From IMG/VR virus record IMGVR_UViG_3300011113_000415: DNA of 64,000 nucleotides. One strand, 5' to 3'. The notes beneath the pieces were generated by a model. The model was not told where the DNA came from, did not search any database, and saw nothing but the letters and a program-made list of their open reading frames with translations. This stretch comes from a virus (taxonomy: Duplodnaviria > Caudoviricetes). The position numbers and the translations under genes are program-made. Below, one piece after another: positions 18,707 to 29,400 of the stretch (the stretch's first letter is position 1; every line of letters begins with the position of its first letter).

Positions 18707-19918
18707 ATGTCAGAACAACTATTAGAAAGTCGCTGGGGCGAAACCAAAGAAGCATTGCTTGAAGGTTTGAACGGTTCCAAGCGCAACTCAATGAGTGTGA
18801 TCCTCGAAAACACTCGCAAGTACTTGAAGGAAAACGCAAGTTCTGGTTCAACAGGCAGTGGCAATATTGCAACATTGAACCGTGTGATTTTGCCAGTGAT
18901 CCGACGTGTAATGCCAACTGTTATTGCTAACGAGTTGGTAGGCGTTCAGCCAATGACAGGTCCAGTTGGTCAAATCCACACTCTGCGTGTGCGTTATGCC
19001 AACTCTATGACTGACAACAGCCCAGCACAAACTAGTGTTGCCGCTGGTCAAGAAGCATTGAGCCCATTCACTATTGCTCAAGCATACTCTTCAGCATCTA
19101 GCGTGACAGCAGGTACTGTTGACTCAACACAAAACATCTACTCTGGTGCTAACACATCAGTTCTAGAAGGTTCTGGTGGTCGTCAAATTAGCGTGCAAAT
19201 CTTGAAGCAGGCTGTTGAAGCCAAGACTCGCAAGTTGCAAGCACGTTGGACATTTGAAGCCGCTCAAGACGCACAAGCAATGCATGGTATCGACGTTGAA
19301 GCCGAAATCATGGCTGCTTTGGCTCAAGAGATCACTGCTGAAATTGACCAAGAGATTCTTTTGAGTCTCCGTAGTTTGGCCGCAACTGAGTACACATACA
19401 ACCAAGCAACCGTTTCAGGTACTGCTACATTCGTTGGTGACGAACATGCCGCATTGGCAGTTTTGATCAACCGTGTTGCTAACTTGATCGCACAACGCAC
19501 ACGTCGTGGCGCAGGTAACTACGCAGTTGTATCTAGTGCAAGTTTGACAGTGTTGCAAAGTGCAACTACTAGTGCATTTGCACGTACTACAGAAGGTACA
19601 TTTGAAGCACCAACAAACACCAAGTTTGTTGGTACACTCAACGGCGCAATGCGTGTGTTCGTTGACTCTTATGCTAGTGACACAACTCCTGTGTTGGTTG
19701 GCTACAAGGGTTCTTCAGAAGCAGACGCTCCAGCATTCTACTGCCCATACATCCCATTGATGTCAAGCGGTGTTGTGTTGGATCCAACAACCTTTGAACC
19801 AGTCGTATCATTTATGACACGTTATGGCTTCATTGAACTCACTAACACTGCCTCTTCATTCGGCAATGCTGGTGACTATGTCGGAGAAATTGCCGTTTCT
19901 AACCTGAGTTTTTCGTGA
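18707..19918 (+). CDS. gp23: Major capsid protein
   Basis: LPVIRRVMP, ELVGVQPMTGPVGQI, VEAKTRKLQARWTFEAAQD, EITAEIDQEI, FYCPYIPL, SFMTRYG. Confidence 0.97.
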   Translation: MSEQLLESRWGETKEALLEGLNGSKRNSMSVILENTRKYLKENASSGSTGSGNIATLNRVILPVIRRVMPTVIANELVGVQPMTGPVGQIHTLRVRYANSMTDNSPAQTSVAAGQEALSPFTIAQAYSSASSVTAGTVDSTQNIYSGANTSVLEGSGGRQISVQILKQAVEAKTRKLQARWTFEAAQDAQAMHGIDVEAEIMAALAQEITAEIDQEILLSLRSLAATEYTYNQATVSGTATFVGDEHAALAVLINRVANLIAQRTRRGAGNYAVVSSASLTVLQSATTSAFARTTEGTFEAPTNTKFVGTLNGAMRVFVDSYASDTTPVLVGYKGSSEADAPAFYCPYIPLMSSGVVLDPTTFEPVVSFMTRYGFIELTNTASSFGNAGDYVGEIAVSNLSFS

Positions 19919-19942
19919 TCTATCGATTACAATTACTTTAAT

Positions 19943-19967
19943 AAAAACGCCCTTCGGGGCGTTTTTT
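19943..19967. terminator. Intrinsic terminator, probably bidirectional
   Basis: AAAAACGCCC-TTCG-GGGCGTTTTTT between convergent gp23 and TPR-glycosyltransferase genes. Confidence 0.9.
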
Positions 19968-19995
19968 ATTGACAAAAATATTAAAAAAGTTTATA

Positions 19996-21153
19996 TTAAA
20001 TCTTAAACCAACCCAAGAACTTGGCGATTTTATTCATAGGACCTGACCAGTCGCCATAGCGTTCTTGACGAAACAGTCTAGCAGTGGTATACCAAGGCGA
20101 GTCATCGCGATTCTGCATCCAGCGCCAGCAGTGGCCATAAGCATTGAGTGGGATCCATAACGGACGTCCCATGGCACCTGCTAGATGTGCGGCAGCAGTG
20201 TCTACTGAAATCACAAGATCCATGTGATGCATGAGTGCGGCTGTGTCAGCAAAATCGTTTATGGTGCCTGGGTAGCACTCTACTCCTGCTGCCTTGACCG
20301 TAGCAGTGTCTTCATCCGACGCATCTACCTGCAGGTTGATCCATTGATGTTCAGGAAATCGCCGCACCAGTTCGGCCATGGTCTCAGCCGGCATGCTTTT
20401 GTGTTGGTTGATCCAGGAGTCTTTGCGTCCTGACCATGCAATGCCAATTCTCATGCGTTGTTTTGGGATGCCCAGGCGTTCAGCCCAGGCCTGTACTCTA
20501 GCCTGATCAGGTTGCACATATTGCAAATAGTGTTGTACATTCTCCAGTCGCATGTTCAGCAGTCTTGGCAGGCTCATCATGGCCACCCAGTAGTCAAAAT
20601 CACCTATCACATCTTCAGTATTGGCAGTCACACTCAGGATGGCTGGGGGTGTGTTGATCAACAGGGGCTTGATACTGGGACTCACATGCAGTCTAATTTT
20701 GGCACCCCGGTCTTGCAAATTGCCACAGAATCTCAAAAACTGAATTTGATCTCCCAATCCCTGCTCACCTATGACCAAAATGGTCTTGTCACGTAGATCT
20801 TCACCGGCCCATTCAGGTCGGGGCAATCGAGGCTTGGTACCCTCCAGGTGTTCGTAGCGCCAGCGACTTTCGTACAAGCGCCAACCCTGCTCATAGTTGC
20901 CCAGCATGAGATGTGCCACGGCCAGATTGAATTCTGCTGTGACATTTGTGGGATCTATCAGTCGTGCTGTTTCCAAAAAAGGAATGGCACGTTGAGCGTC
21001 GCCCATTTCTCTCAGCACGTTGCCATAGTTGTTGAAACCTGCAAAGCAGTTGAGGTCTTGCACAAAAGCCTGTGCATAGCATGCTATGGCCTGTTCGGGA
21101 CGGTGTTGTTCTCTTGCTTGATTGCCCAGGGCAATTAGATCATCTGTGGTCAT
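19996..21153 (-). CDS. TPR-repeat glycosyltransferase (GT9/GT-B-like)
   Basis: N-terminal TPRs (FNNYGNVLREMG, AEFNLAVAHLMLGNYEQGWRLYESRW), then EQGLGDQIQF, IGIAWSG, DFADTAAL...DLVISVDTAAAHLAGAMG. Start ATG 21153 is 5 nt after a minus-strand TAAATA. Confidence 0.88.
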   Translation of the reverse strand: MTTDDLIALGNQAREQHRPEQAIACYAQAFVQDLNCFAGFNNYGNVLREMGDAQRAIPFLETARLIDPTNVTAEFNLAVAHLMLGNYEQGWRLYESRWRYEHLEGTKPRLPRPEWAGEDLRDKTILVIGEQGLGDQIQFLRFCGNLQDRGAKIRLHVSPSIKPLLINTPPAILSVTANTEDVIGDFDYWVAMMSLPRLLNMRLENVQHYLQYVQPDQARVQAWAERLGIPKQRMRIGIAWSGRKDSWINQHKSMPAETMAELVRRFPEHQWINLQVDASDEDTATVKAAGVECYPGTINDFADTAALMHHMDLVISVDTAAAHLAGAMGRPLWIPLNAYGHCWRWMQNRDDSPWYTTARLFRQERYGDWSGPMNKIAKFLGWFKI

Positions 21154-21158
21154 CACAA

Positions 21159-21164
21159 TATTTA
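21159..21164 (-). promoter_or_regulatory. Late promoter TAAATA
   Basis: Minus strand TTAAATA-ttgtg-ATG(21153). Confidence 0.55.
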
Positions 21165-21202
21165 AATCAATGACAGCACAGCCCAAAATAAACCAATGAC
21201 CA

Positions 21203-21298
21203 TAAATACAGTCAACGCAATTGGGCGTTTTATGCGGCGATTAATACCCACCGCGTAGCGGCTAGAACCCGCATGGGGCTTCTATAAGGAGAAATCAA
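21203..21298 (+). promoter_or_regulatory. Late promoter TAAATA (21203-21208) plus structured 5' leader
   Basis: ATGCGG 21232-37 / CCGCAT 21269-74 enclosing CCGC-GTA-GCGG 21251-61. Alternative pairing TAGAA/TTCTA next to the SD AAGGAG. Confidence 0.5.
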
Positions 21299-22129
21299 AT
21301 GGGAAGAGCACTAAAAATTCAAAAAAACAACGTTGGTTCAGGTAGTACAGTTACCGGTTCCAATCCTGAGGTCACAACCTACAACCAAACTATCTTGACA
21401 GATGCTGGTTTTCCAAACTTCGGTAGTTTAACCTCACCAGCAACGCCATACAACTCGGCTGACACACTCAATTCTGATCAGTTCCTGGGTGTGGTCGGTG
21501 GTTCACCTACTACCAGCACAGCCAGTGCCACATTCCCAGAAGTGTTGGCAGCAGTCAATATTACTTTAGCAGATGGTACAAGCACTACTGCCGGTGCTGG
21601 TCGTTTGATACGCCAAAAAGGTGCGCACAAGTTCTTGGTGGCCTACACAGCCAGTGCCACAGCAGATGAAAGTTTTATTGTTGGACAGGCCTATCAGATT
21701 TCCACGCTGGGCACAACCGACTGGCAGGCATGCGGCGCAGGTGCTGATGCCGCAGTGGGTGACATATTCACAGCAGTAGCAGTGGGATCAGGCACAGGCG
21801 AAGGCTATCCAGTCGGCGTATGTGTGTTGAGCAACACAGGCACACCCACAGCCGGCAATATGAGTATTCAATACTCAGTGGGCGACTCAGCCGCTGTGTA
21901 CGCCAGTTATATTACCAACAAATGGATTCGTGACTGGAACGGTATGACTTATGGCAACTACAGCAGTAGCAATCTTGGTGAAAACATCTACTCAAGTGAA
22001 AACTTCTATGTGACCAACTTCTTCACAGACGAAGGCACTGTGACATGGTCAGGTGCAGAAATTATCAACGGTGTGGAAGCCGCAAACGGTTCACTGCAAT
22101 TGGCACAAGTGGTCAACGTTACAAGTTAA
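21299..22129 (+). CDS. Hypothetical virion structural protein
   Basis: 276 aa, Gly/Thr/Ser-rich, late promoter, strong SD. Contains IRQKGAHKFLV. Confidence 0.7.
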   Translation: MGRALKIQKNNVGSGSTVTGSNPEVTTYNQTILTDAGFPNFGSLTSPATPYNSADTLNSDQFLGVVGGSPTTSTASATFPEVLAAVNITLADGTSTTAGAGRLIRQKGAHKFLVAYTASATADESFIVGQAYQISTLGTTDWQACGAGADAAVGDIFTAVAVGSGTGEGYPVGVCVLSNTGTPTAGNMSIQYSVGDSAAVYASYITNKWIRDWNGMTYGNYSSSNLGENIYSSENFYVTNFFTDEGTVTWSGAEIINGVEAANGSLQLAQVVNVTS

Positions 22130-22145
22130 TTTGTAACCTGTCAAC

Positions 22146-22177
22146 ATCCTCCTTGCTAACTACAAGGAGGATTTTTT
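22146..22177 (+). terminator. Terminator-like hairpin that also sequesters the next gene's SD
   Basis: ATCCTCCTTG-ctaacta-CAAGGAGGAT then TTTTT-ATG(22178). Confidence 0.7.
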
Positions 22178-22765
22178 ATGACCAGAGCATTTGTATTGGG
22201 CAACGGCATCAGCCGACAAGCAGTTGATCTAACTCAACTGCAATCATTGGGTAAAATTTACGGCTGTAACGCACTCTATAGAGATTTTGAACCTGATTGT
22301 CTTGTGGCCACTGATAGACCCATTGCTGAAACTATTCAAAATTCTGGATATAGTATTCGACACAAATTTTATACTCGCAAGCCCTTACACGGGTTGGGTG
22401 CATTGCCTGTACCTAAAAAATATCATGGCAACAGTTCAGGACCTATTGCAGTTGCCCTTGCGGCACTAAACGGAAATCAAACGGTATACATGTTGGGTTT
22501 TGATATGGGACCTACAGAAAATCAACGGTTTAACAATGTGTATGCCGGCACAGATTTTTATAAAAAACACGACGCCGCTCCTACATATACTGGTAACTGG
22601 GTCCGACAATTGTGTGCGATTGCCCAAGATTTTCCGCAAACTAACTTTGTAAGAGTATGCGGAGCAACCACAGCAGACATAAAAGAGTTAAAAGTGTTTA
22701 GTAATCTACTTCATATACCCCTACAGATGTTTTTAGATCGTGTGGTAACTGGTCAAGATCTCTAG
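22178..22765 (+). CDS. MptE/DUF115 (Maf-like) family nucleotide-sugar transferase-like protein
   Basis: AFVLGNGISR, IYGCNALYR...PDCLVATD, SSGPIA, VYMLGFD are motifs typical of this fold. Confidence 0.6.
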   Translation: MTRAFVLGNGISRQAVDLTQLQSLGKIYGCNALYRDFEPDCLVATDRPIAETIQNSGYSIRHKFYTRKPLHGLGALPVPKKYHGNSSGPIAVALAALNGNQTVYMLGFDMGPTENQRFNNVYAGTDFYKKHDAAPTYTGNWVRQLCAIAQDFPQTNFVRVCGATTADIKELKVFSNLLHIPLQMFLDRVVTGQDL

Positions 22766-22798
22766 TGTCCAGCGAGTTCTGGGTATGTTTGATTGCGG

Positions 22799-22804
22799 TA
22801 AATA
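22799..22804 (+). promoter_or_regulatory. Late promoter TAAATA
   Basis: GCGGTAAATA upstream of the fibre cluster start at 22824. Confidence 0.6.
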
Positions 22805-22823
22805 TACTCAGAGACTCTAATTT

Positions 22824-25772
22824 ATGACACAGTATATCATTGACATCGGTGCATACCCAGATGATGGGCAAGGCAGTCCGTTACGCACAGCATTTGACTA
22901 TACCAACGAAAACTTCAATCAGATTTTTGCGGCTGGGCCGGTACTCAGCAACATTCAAATTGGTAATAACACTATTACCACCACAGTACTCAACAGCAAC
23001 TTAATTCTAAGCCCATCTGGCATTGGGCGTGTACAATTCAACAACACCCTGTTTCCTAGACTGGACAATGTTTACGACATTGGCACACCCAGTCTACGGT
23101 TTAATTCTATCTATTTAGGCACAGGCGGTATTGATACCACGGGTGGTATAACAACCACAGGCAATATCACAGCCAATTATTTCATTGGCAATGGCAGTCA
23201 ACTCACAGGCATCGTGGCCACAACTGGCAGTGAAGTTGTCAACGGCAACAGCAACATTCTTATTCCTAATCCTGGTTCTAATATTGTTGTCACAGTCAAT
23301 GGTACCAGCAATGTTGTGACATTTGCTAACACAGGTGTGTATGTTGCTGGCACTGTGACTGCCACAGGTAACATTGCCGGCAATTATATTTTGGGTAACG
23401 GTGCGCTACTGACTGGTATCAACATTGGTTATGGCAACTCAAACGTAGCAGACTTCTTGCCCACATACACAGGCAACCTAGCGAGCCTGACAGGACCAGT
23501 TACAACCACTGCTAACATAACGGGCGGCAACTTACGCACCGCGGGTCAGATCACAGCCACGGGCAATATCACTAGCGGTAATGTTAACACAGGTAGATTA
23601 AACGCAGGCTATGTCACTGTAGGTACTACTATAAGTGCAATTGGTAACATCACTACTAATAGTTACTTTATTGGTGATGGTAGTTTACTTACAGGCATTA
23701 ATGCCAACTATTCAAATGCCAATGTGGCTGCCTTCTTGCCCACGTACACAGGCAATCTGGTCAGCCTGACTGGCCCAGTAACAACCACAGCCAATGTCAC
23801 AGGTGGCAACCTGAGAACCTCAGGCACAATACTAGCCTCAGGAAATATCACTGCGGCTAATCTTGACACCAGCAGAGTAAATGCGGCCAACATCACTGCC
23901 AGTGGTTCGGTATCAGCGGTGGCCAACATTATCACCAGTGCATACTTCATTGGTGATGGCAGTCAACTCACAAACTTGCCAGCAGGTAATTATTCTAATG
24001 CCAATGTAGCAGCCTTCTTGCCAACTTACACTGGCAGTATGCCAAACATGACTGGACTGCTGAGAACCACTGCCAACATTGTAGGTGGAAACATTTCCAT
24101 AGTTGGCAACATCACAGGCAGCAATGTTGATACCAGCAGAGTTAATGCCGGCAATGTCACGGTAAGTGGACCAGTAAGTGCTGTAGGTAATATCACAACC
24201 AGTGCATACTTCATTGGTGATGGCAGTCAACTAACAAACTTGCCAGCCGGCAACTACTCAAATGCCAATGTGGCTGCATTCTTGCCCACATACACTGGTA
24301 ATTTGGTCAGTCTAACAGGACCAGTTACAACCACTGCTAACATCACAGGTGGTAATTTACAAACCACAGGACAGGTATCGGCCACTGGCAACATAACTGG
24401 TGGCAACATTGATGCCAGCAGAGTCAATGCCAACACAGTTACAGTTAACACAACTATAAGTGCTGGTGGAAATATTACTGGCAATAACCTAATAGGGTCC
24501 ACAGTCACAGCCACCACAGTCACAGCCATTGCCAATGTTGTTGGTGGTAATGTTATAACTAGCGGGCAAGTTTCTGCCGTTGGTAACATACAAGGTGGCA
24601 ATTTAAATGCACCTGGCGGTACTGTAACATCTTATATTGTTAGTGCTACTGGTCGAGTACAGGGTGGTAATCTTGTTACAACTGGATATATTACAGCCAC
24701 AGGCAACATCACAGGCGGCAACGTAGATACTGGTAATATACATGCTGGCAACGTCAATGTGGACAGTAGAATATCGGCTGGCGGCAATGTTATTGGACAA
24801 TACTTTATTGGTAATGGTAGTCAACTAACAGGTATTAATGCTTCTGGTGGTACCAGTATAAACTATGGTAACAGCAATGTCAAAATAGACAGTGCCAACG
24901 GCAACGTCAGTATCAATATTGACAATAGCAGTAACGTAGCATTGTTTACCACTTCGGGTGAGTATGTCACTGGAGTTGTCAGTGCCACTGGAAATATTCT
25001 TGGTAATGGCTTCTTGTCAGACAATTATTACTACGCCAATGGTACACCTGTTCCTTTTGGTATTACCTACACTGCCAACGTAGCCCCTCCTGCAACCTCC
25101 AAAGTAGGCGATCAATGGTACGACACTTCTAATGACGTTTTGTATGAGTATATCAATGATGGTACTAGCACTTACTGGGTTGATACCACTTCACCGGCAT
25201 TTGCTGGAGGAGTTGTAGCCAATGTGGCCATATCAGGTACTCTGGTGCCAGTGGCTAATTTAACCTATGACATTGGCACCAGCACAGTCTATTTCCGTAA
25301 CACCTACACTCAAAATCTTTACACCAACAACAGATTATTAGCACGAAATATGCCTGTGGGTGCTGTGGTACAAACAGTAATGAGTTCGAGCCTAGGTGGT
25401 GGTATAACAAATAGCACTGCTTATGCTGATATCAGTTATGCAAACGTAACCATTACGCCTTCCAGCACAACCAGTAAGATTTTTGTCATAGCAACTGGCA
25501 CTGCAAGTTTTACATCATTGTCGGGACAAAACGTTAATGCTGATACTCAATTGGTTAGAAGTCCCAGTACCAGTTTGCAAATACAAACCTGCGGTACAAC
25601 AGTAACAGGCGGCGGCATTGGTGTAACTGGTTCTATTGCATACAGTTATATAGACTCACCGGGCACCACTGGTGCTGTGACCTACAAACTACAGCAAAAA
25701 GTAAGCAACGCCAGTAGCACACTGACCAGTACAAATATTTGGTTGATAGCCATGGAGATTGCCGCATCATGA
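22824..25772 (+). CDS. Baseplate-anchored fibre protein (gp9/gp10-like N-terminus, Gly/Asn/Thr repeats)
   Basis: IDIGAYPDDGQGSPLRTAFDYTNENF anchor motif. YSNANVAAFLPTYTG block repeated four times (first copy variant). GGN repeats. Confidence 0.75.
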   Translation: MTQYIIDIGAYPDDGQGSPLRTAFDYTNENFNQIFAAGPVLSNIQIGNNTITTTVLNSNLILSPSGIGRVQFNNTLFPRLDNVYDIGTPSLRFNSIYLGTGGIDTTGGITTTGNITANYFIGNGSQLTGIVATTGSEVVNGNSNILIPNPGSNIVVTVNGTSNVVTFANTGVYVAGTVTATGNIAGNYILGNGALLTGINIGYGNSNVADFLPTYTGNLASLTGPVTTTANITGGNLRTAGQITATGNITSGNVNTGRLNAGYVTVGTTISAIGNITTNSYFIGDGSLLTGINANYSNANVAAFLPTYTGNLVSLTGPVTTTANVTGGNLRTSGTILASGNITAANLDTSRVNAANITASGSVSAVANIITSAYFIGDGSQLTNLPAGNYSNANVAAFLPTYTGSMPNMTGLLRTTANIVGGNISIVGNITGSNVDTSRVNAGNVTVSGPVSAVGNITTSAYFIGDGSQLTNLPAGNYSNANVAAFLPTYTGNLVSLTGPVTTTANITGGNLQTTGQVSATGNITGGNIDASRVNANTVTVNTTISAGGNITGNNLIGSTVTATTVTAIANVVGGNVITSGQVSAVGNIQGGNLNAPGGTVTSYIVSATGRVQGGNLVTTGYITATGNITGGNVDTGNIHAGNVNVDSRISAGGNVIGQYFIGNGSQLTGINASGGTSINYGNSNVKIDSANGNVSINIDNSSNVALFTTSGEYVTGVVSATGNILGNGFLSDNYYYANGTPVPFGITYTANVAPPATSKVGDQWYDTSNDVLYEYINDGTSTYWVDTTSPAFAGGVVANVAISGTLVPVANLTYDIGTSTVYFRNTYTQNLYTNNRLLARNMPVGAVVQTVMSSSLGGGITNSTAYADISYANVTITPSSTTSKIFVIATGTASFTSLSGQNVNADTQLVRSPSTSLQIQTCGTTVTGGGIGVTGSIAYSYIDSPGTTGAVTYKLQQKVSNASSTLTSTNIWLIAMEIAAS

Positions 25773-26425
25773 TAACACTGTTTCATGCCATTCAAAGTCT
25801 GGTGCCTGGCGCAGAAGTCAGCGTGGGTATATACGATCAAACAATAGTATGGCACCAGCCCGAGACTGCACCCGTTACTATGGAGCAGATTTTAGCAGAA
25901 CAACAGCGTCTGCAACAGGCCTATGACTGGAACGAATATCAAAGAAATCGAGCCAAAGAGTATCCCAGTATTGAAGAACAATTGGATGCCCTGTATCATG
26001 CTGGTGTGTTTCCTGCAGAAATGGCAGCCCGAATACGAGCAGTGAAAGAAAAATATCCACGCTATACTCCAAACAACACTCAAACTGCTGAACAACCAGC
26101 ACCAAAAATGTCAGTTGAGCAGTGGCTAGCAGAACAAACAAAAATGACAGCCGAACAGTGGTTGGCACAACAACAGTCCACTGCACCCATGACTAGAGAA
26201 CAATGGCTGGCATCACAGGCTCAAGTCAACACCGCGCCACCCCAACAGTCCACAAGCACAGTAAACAGAACAATGACTGCTGAAGAATGGCTGCGAGAAC
26301 AGTCCACTCAAGAAAATTCACAAAAAATGACCCGAGAACAGTGGTTAGAACAGCAAAAAACCCTTGTACAACCGCCGCCAATGACTCGAGAACAGTGGTT
26401 GGCGGAGCAGGCAAAAATACAATGA
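25769..26425 (+). CDS. Tail fibre assembly chaperone-like protein with six C-terminal MTxEQWLxxQ repeats
   Basis: ATGA overlap at 25769. YQRNRAKEYPSIEEQLDALYH...AVKEKYP domain followed by repeats. Confidence 0.6.
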   Translation: MITLFHAIQSLVPGAEVSVGIYDQTIVWHQPETAPVTMEQILAEQQRLQQAYDWNEYQRNRAKEYPSIEEQLDALYHAGVFPAEMAARIRAVKEKYPRYTPNNTQTAEQPAPKMSVEQWLAEQTKMTAEQWLAQQQSTAPMTREQWLASQAQVNTAPPQQSTSTVNRTMTAEEWLREQSTQENSQKMTREQWLEQQKTLVQPPPMTREQWLAEQAKIQ

Positions 26426-26481
26426 CCAAGAAAGAAAAGTTTCTAATTGGCATAAGTACCACATAGCAGGAGCAAAGTCAT

Positions 26482-29400
26482 ATGTCATTCCCAGTATCGC
26501 CTACAAATGGACAAGTTACCGTAGTAAATCAGGTATCATACCAATATTCCAGCGCCACCAACTCGTGGACTAGAATTCTCAGCACAGCCAACATTATCAC
26601 AGCCAATACTGTTGCTGTAAACGGTGCGCTCACAGTAGGTACGACCATTGTTGCCAACGGTAACATAACAGGCAGTTACTTTATTGGTAATGGCTCGCAG
26701 TTGACTGGTGTTACTGCTACCAGTGCTGGCTTCCCAATTACTTCGGGTACCAGTAATATTGCGGCTCCTGTTGCCAACGGCAACATTGCAATCACTGTAG
26801 GCGGTACCGCTAACGTTGCGGTATTTGCAACTACTGGTGAATACATCACAGGGCTTTTAAGTGTAAGTGGTAATGTAAATGGCGGCAACTTAAACACTGT
26901 TGGTTTAGTAACTGCTACAGGTAATATACAAGGTGGAAATCTGGTTACAGGCGGCCTGGTATCAGCCACTGGCACAGTAACTGGTTCTACACTAATTGGC
27001 TCAGTGGTCACAGCAAGTGGCAATGTGGTTGGTGGTAATATCAACACAGGTGGAGTGATATCAGCAACAGGTAATATCACAAGTGTGGCCAACATCGCTG
27101 GTGGTAATTTATTAACGGCTGGCCAAGTATCAGCAACTGGTAATGCCACTTTTGGAAATATCAGTACCAGTGGTTCAGGCGGCAATATTTCAGGTGCCAA
27201 CGTAATTTCTGGAACAACACTCAGTGCCACTGCTAACGTGGTAGGTGGCAATATTAACACAGGTGGGCTAGTAACTGCCACTGGTAACATCACTGGTGGA
27301 AATGTATTAACTGCTGGTCAAGTTTCAGCCACTGGTAACGTTACTGGTAATTATATTTTGGGTAATGGCTATTTCTTAACAGGTGTTATCACCTCAGTGG
27401 CCAATATCAACAACGGAAATTCTAACGTTTCAATCTATACCGCTGGCGGCAACGTAGCAGTCAGTGTAGGCAACGTGGCCAACGTGGCTGTGTTTACCAC
27501 AGCAGGCGAACTTATTTCTGGATTATTAAGTGTCAGCGGCAACGTCACTGGCGGTAACGTCCTAACAGGTGGACTGGTTTCAGCAACTGCCAACGTTACT
27601 GGTGGTAATTTGTTGACTGGTGGGTTAATATCTGCCACAAGTACAATTACAAGTGCTGCCAACATCACTGGCGGTAACGTCCTAACAGGTGGACTAGTAA
27701 GTGCAACAGGAACAGTAACTGGTTCTACCTTGATCGGCACAGTAGTCACTGCAACAGGCAACATTGTTGGTGGTAACATCAATACAGGTGGCGTAATCAG
27801 TGCCACAGGTAATATCACAAGTGTGGCCAACATCGCTGGTGGTAACTTGCTCACCGGCGGATTGGTAAGTGCTACTGCCAACGTCACAGGTGGCAATCTG
27901 GTTACTGGTGGACAAGTATCAGCAACAGGTAATATCACAAGTGTGGCCAACATCGCTGGTGGCAATATCTTGACTGGCGGATTGGTAAGTGCTACCGCTA
28001 ATATTACAAGTGCTGCCAACGTCAATGCCAACAACGTGATGGCAACCACAATTGTCAATGCACCAAGTTTGACAGGTACTATTGTAAGTGTAACAGGTAA
28101 CGTAACTGGTGGTAACGTTAACACAGGTGGTGTAATTAGTGCTACGGGTAATATTACCAGCGTGGCCAACATTGCTGGTGGCAATATCTTGACTGGTGGA
28201 TTGGTGTCAGCAACTGCTAATATTACAGGCGGTAACTTGCTGACAGGTGGTTTAATATCAGCAACTAGTACTATCACAAGTGCTACCACAATCACTGGCG
28301 GCAATTTGGCCACAGGCGGTTATGCAAGTGCCACAGGTAATGTCACTGGTGGTAACATCAACACAGGTGGTTTGGTCACAGCAACTGGTAACGTGGTTGG
28401 TGGCAATATCTCTACTTCAGGTGTGGTAACTGCCGCAGGCAACGTATTTGGCAACAACATTTTTGCCACAACATCAGTTAGCACAGCCGGAAACGTAATT
28501 GCCGGCAACGTAAACACAAGCACGATTCGTCCAACTAGCGGTGCGTTGACAATCAGCACAGGTACAGGTGCAATCAACTTGAACCCTGCTGGTAATATTG
28601 TGTTGAGTGCTAATACTTACATTAACAATTTGGCAAGTCCGGTACAAAATGCTGATGCGGCAACTAAAGAATATGTTGATAACTTTGCCACAACAGGCAT
28701 CAGTTATCACCAGCCAGTATACGTAGCAACAACTGCTAACTTGGCCACAACTACAGGTGGTACAATTACCTACACACAGCCCAATGGCGCAGCCAATGGT
28801 GTTGGTGCAAAACTAACAACTACTACGTCGTTCAACTTGATCGACACAGGTAATGTGCAAACAATTGGTACACGTATTTTGGTTAAAGACGAGGGCAATG
28901 CAGTATACAATGGTGTTTACACCTGGGCCAACGCCACAAACATTGTGCGTTCCACAGACACTGACGAATACGGCGCAGATAGCGCAAACGCATTCAGTAT
29001 CAACGACTACTTCTTTACCACAAACGGTAACGTCAACGCCGGCACAGCCTTTGTTGTGAGTGCTCCAGCAGGCACAATTACCTTTGGTACGTCAAACATC
29101 ACGTTCAGTACATTCAGTACTAGCCAAGTTTACTCGGCCAATACTTCAGCAGGTTTGAGTTTAACTGGTACTGTATTTTCAGCCAAAGTTGACAACACAA
29201 CCACAGCATTTGATGGTACAGGTAACATCATTGTCAAGGCCAGTGCTCAACTCACAACACCCAACATTGGTGCCGCTACAGGTACAAGCCTAAACGTCAC
29301 TGCCAACGTTGATGCAGGCAACTTGCGTACAGGTGGACTAGTAAGTGCTACCGGCAACGTAACTGGCGGTAACATCACAACAGGCGGACAAGTAACTGCC

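Noticed and set aside
26422-26466. 14-codon ORF MTKKEKFLIGISTT overlapping the chaperone stop
   Set aside because: Too short to support. The interval more likely holds the promoter (TAAGTA variant) and SD of the next fibre gene.
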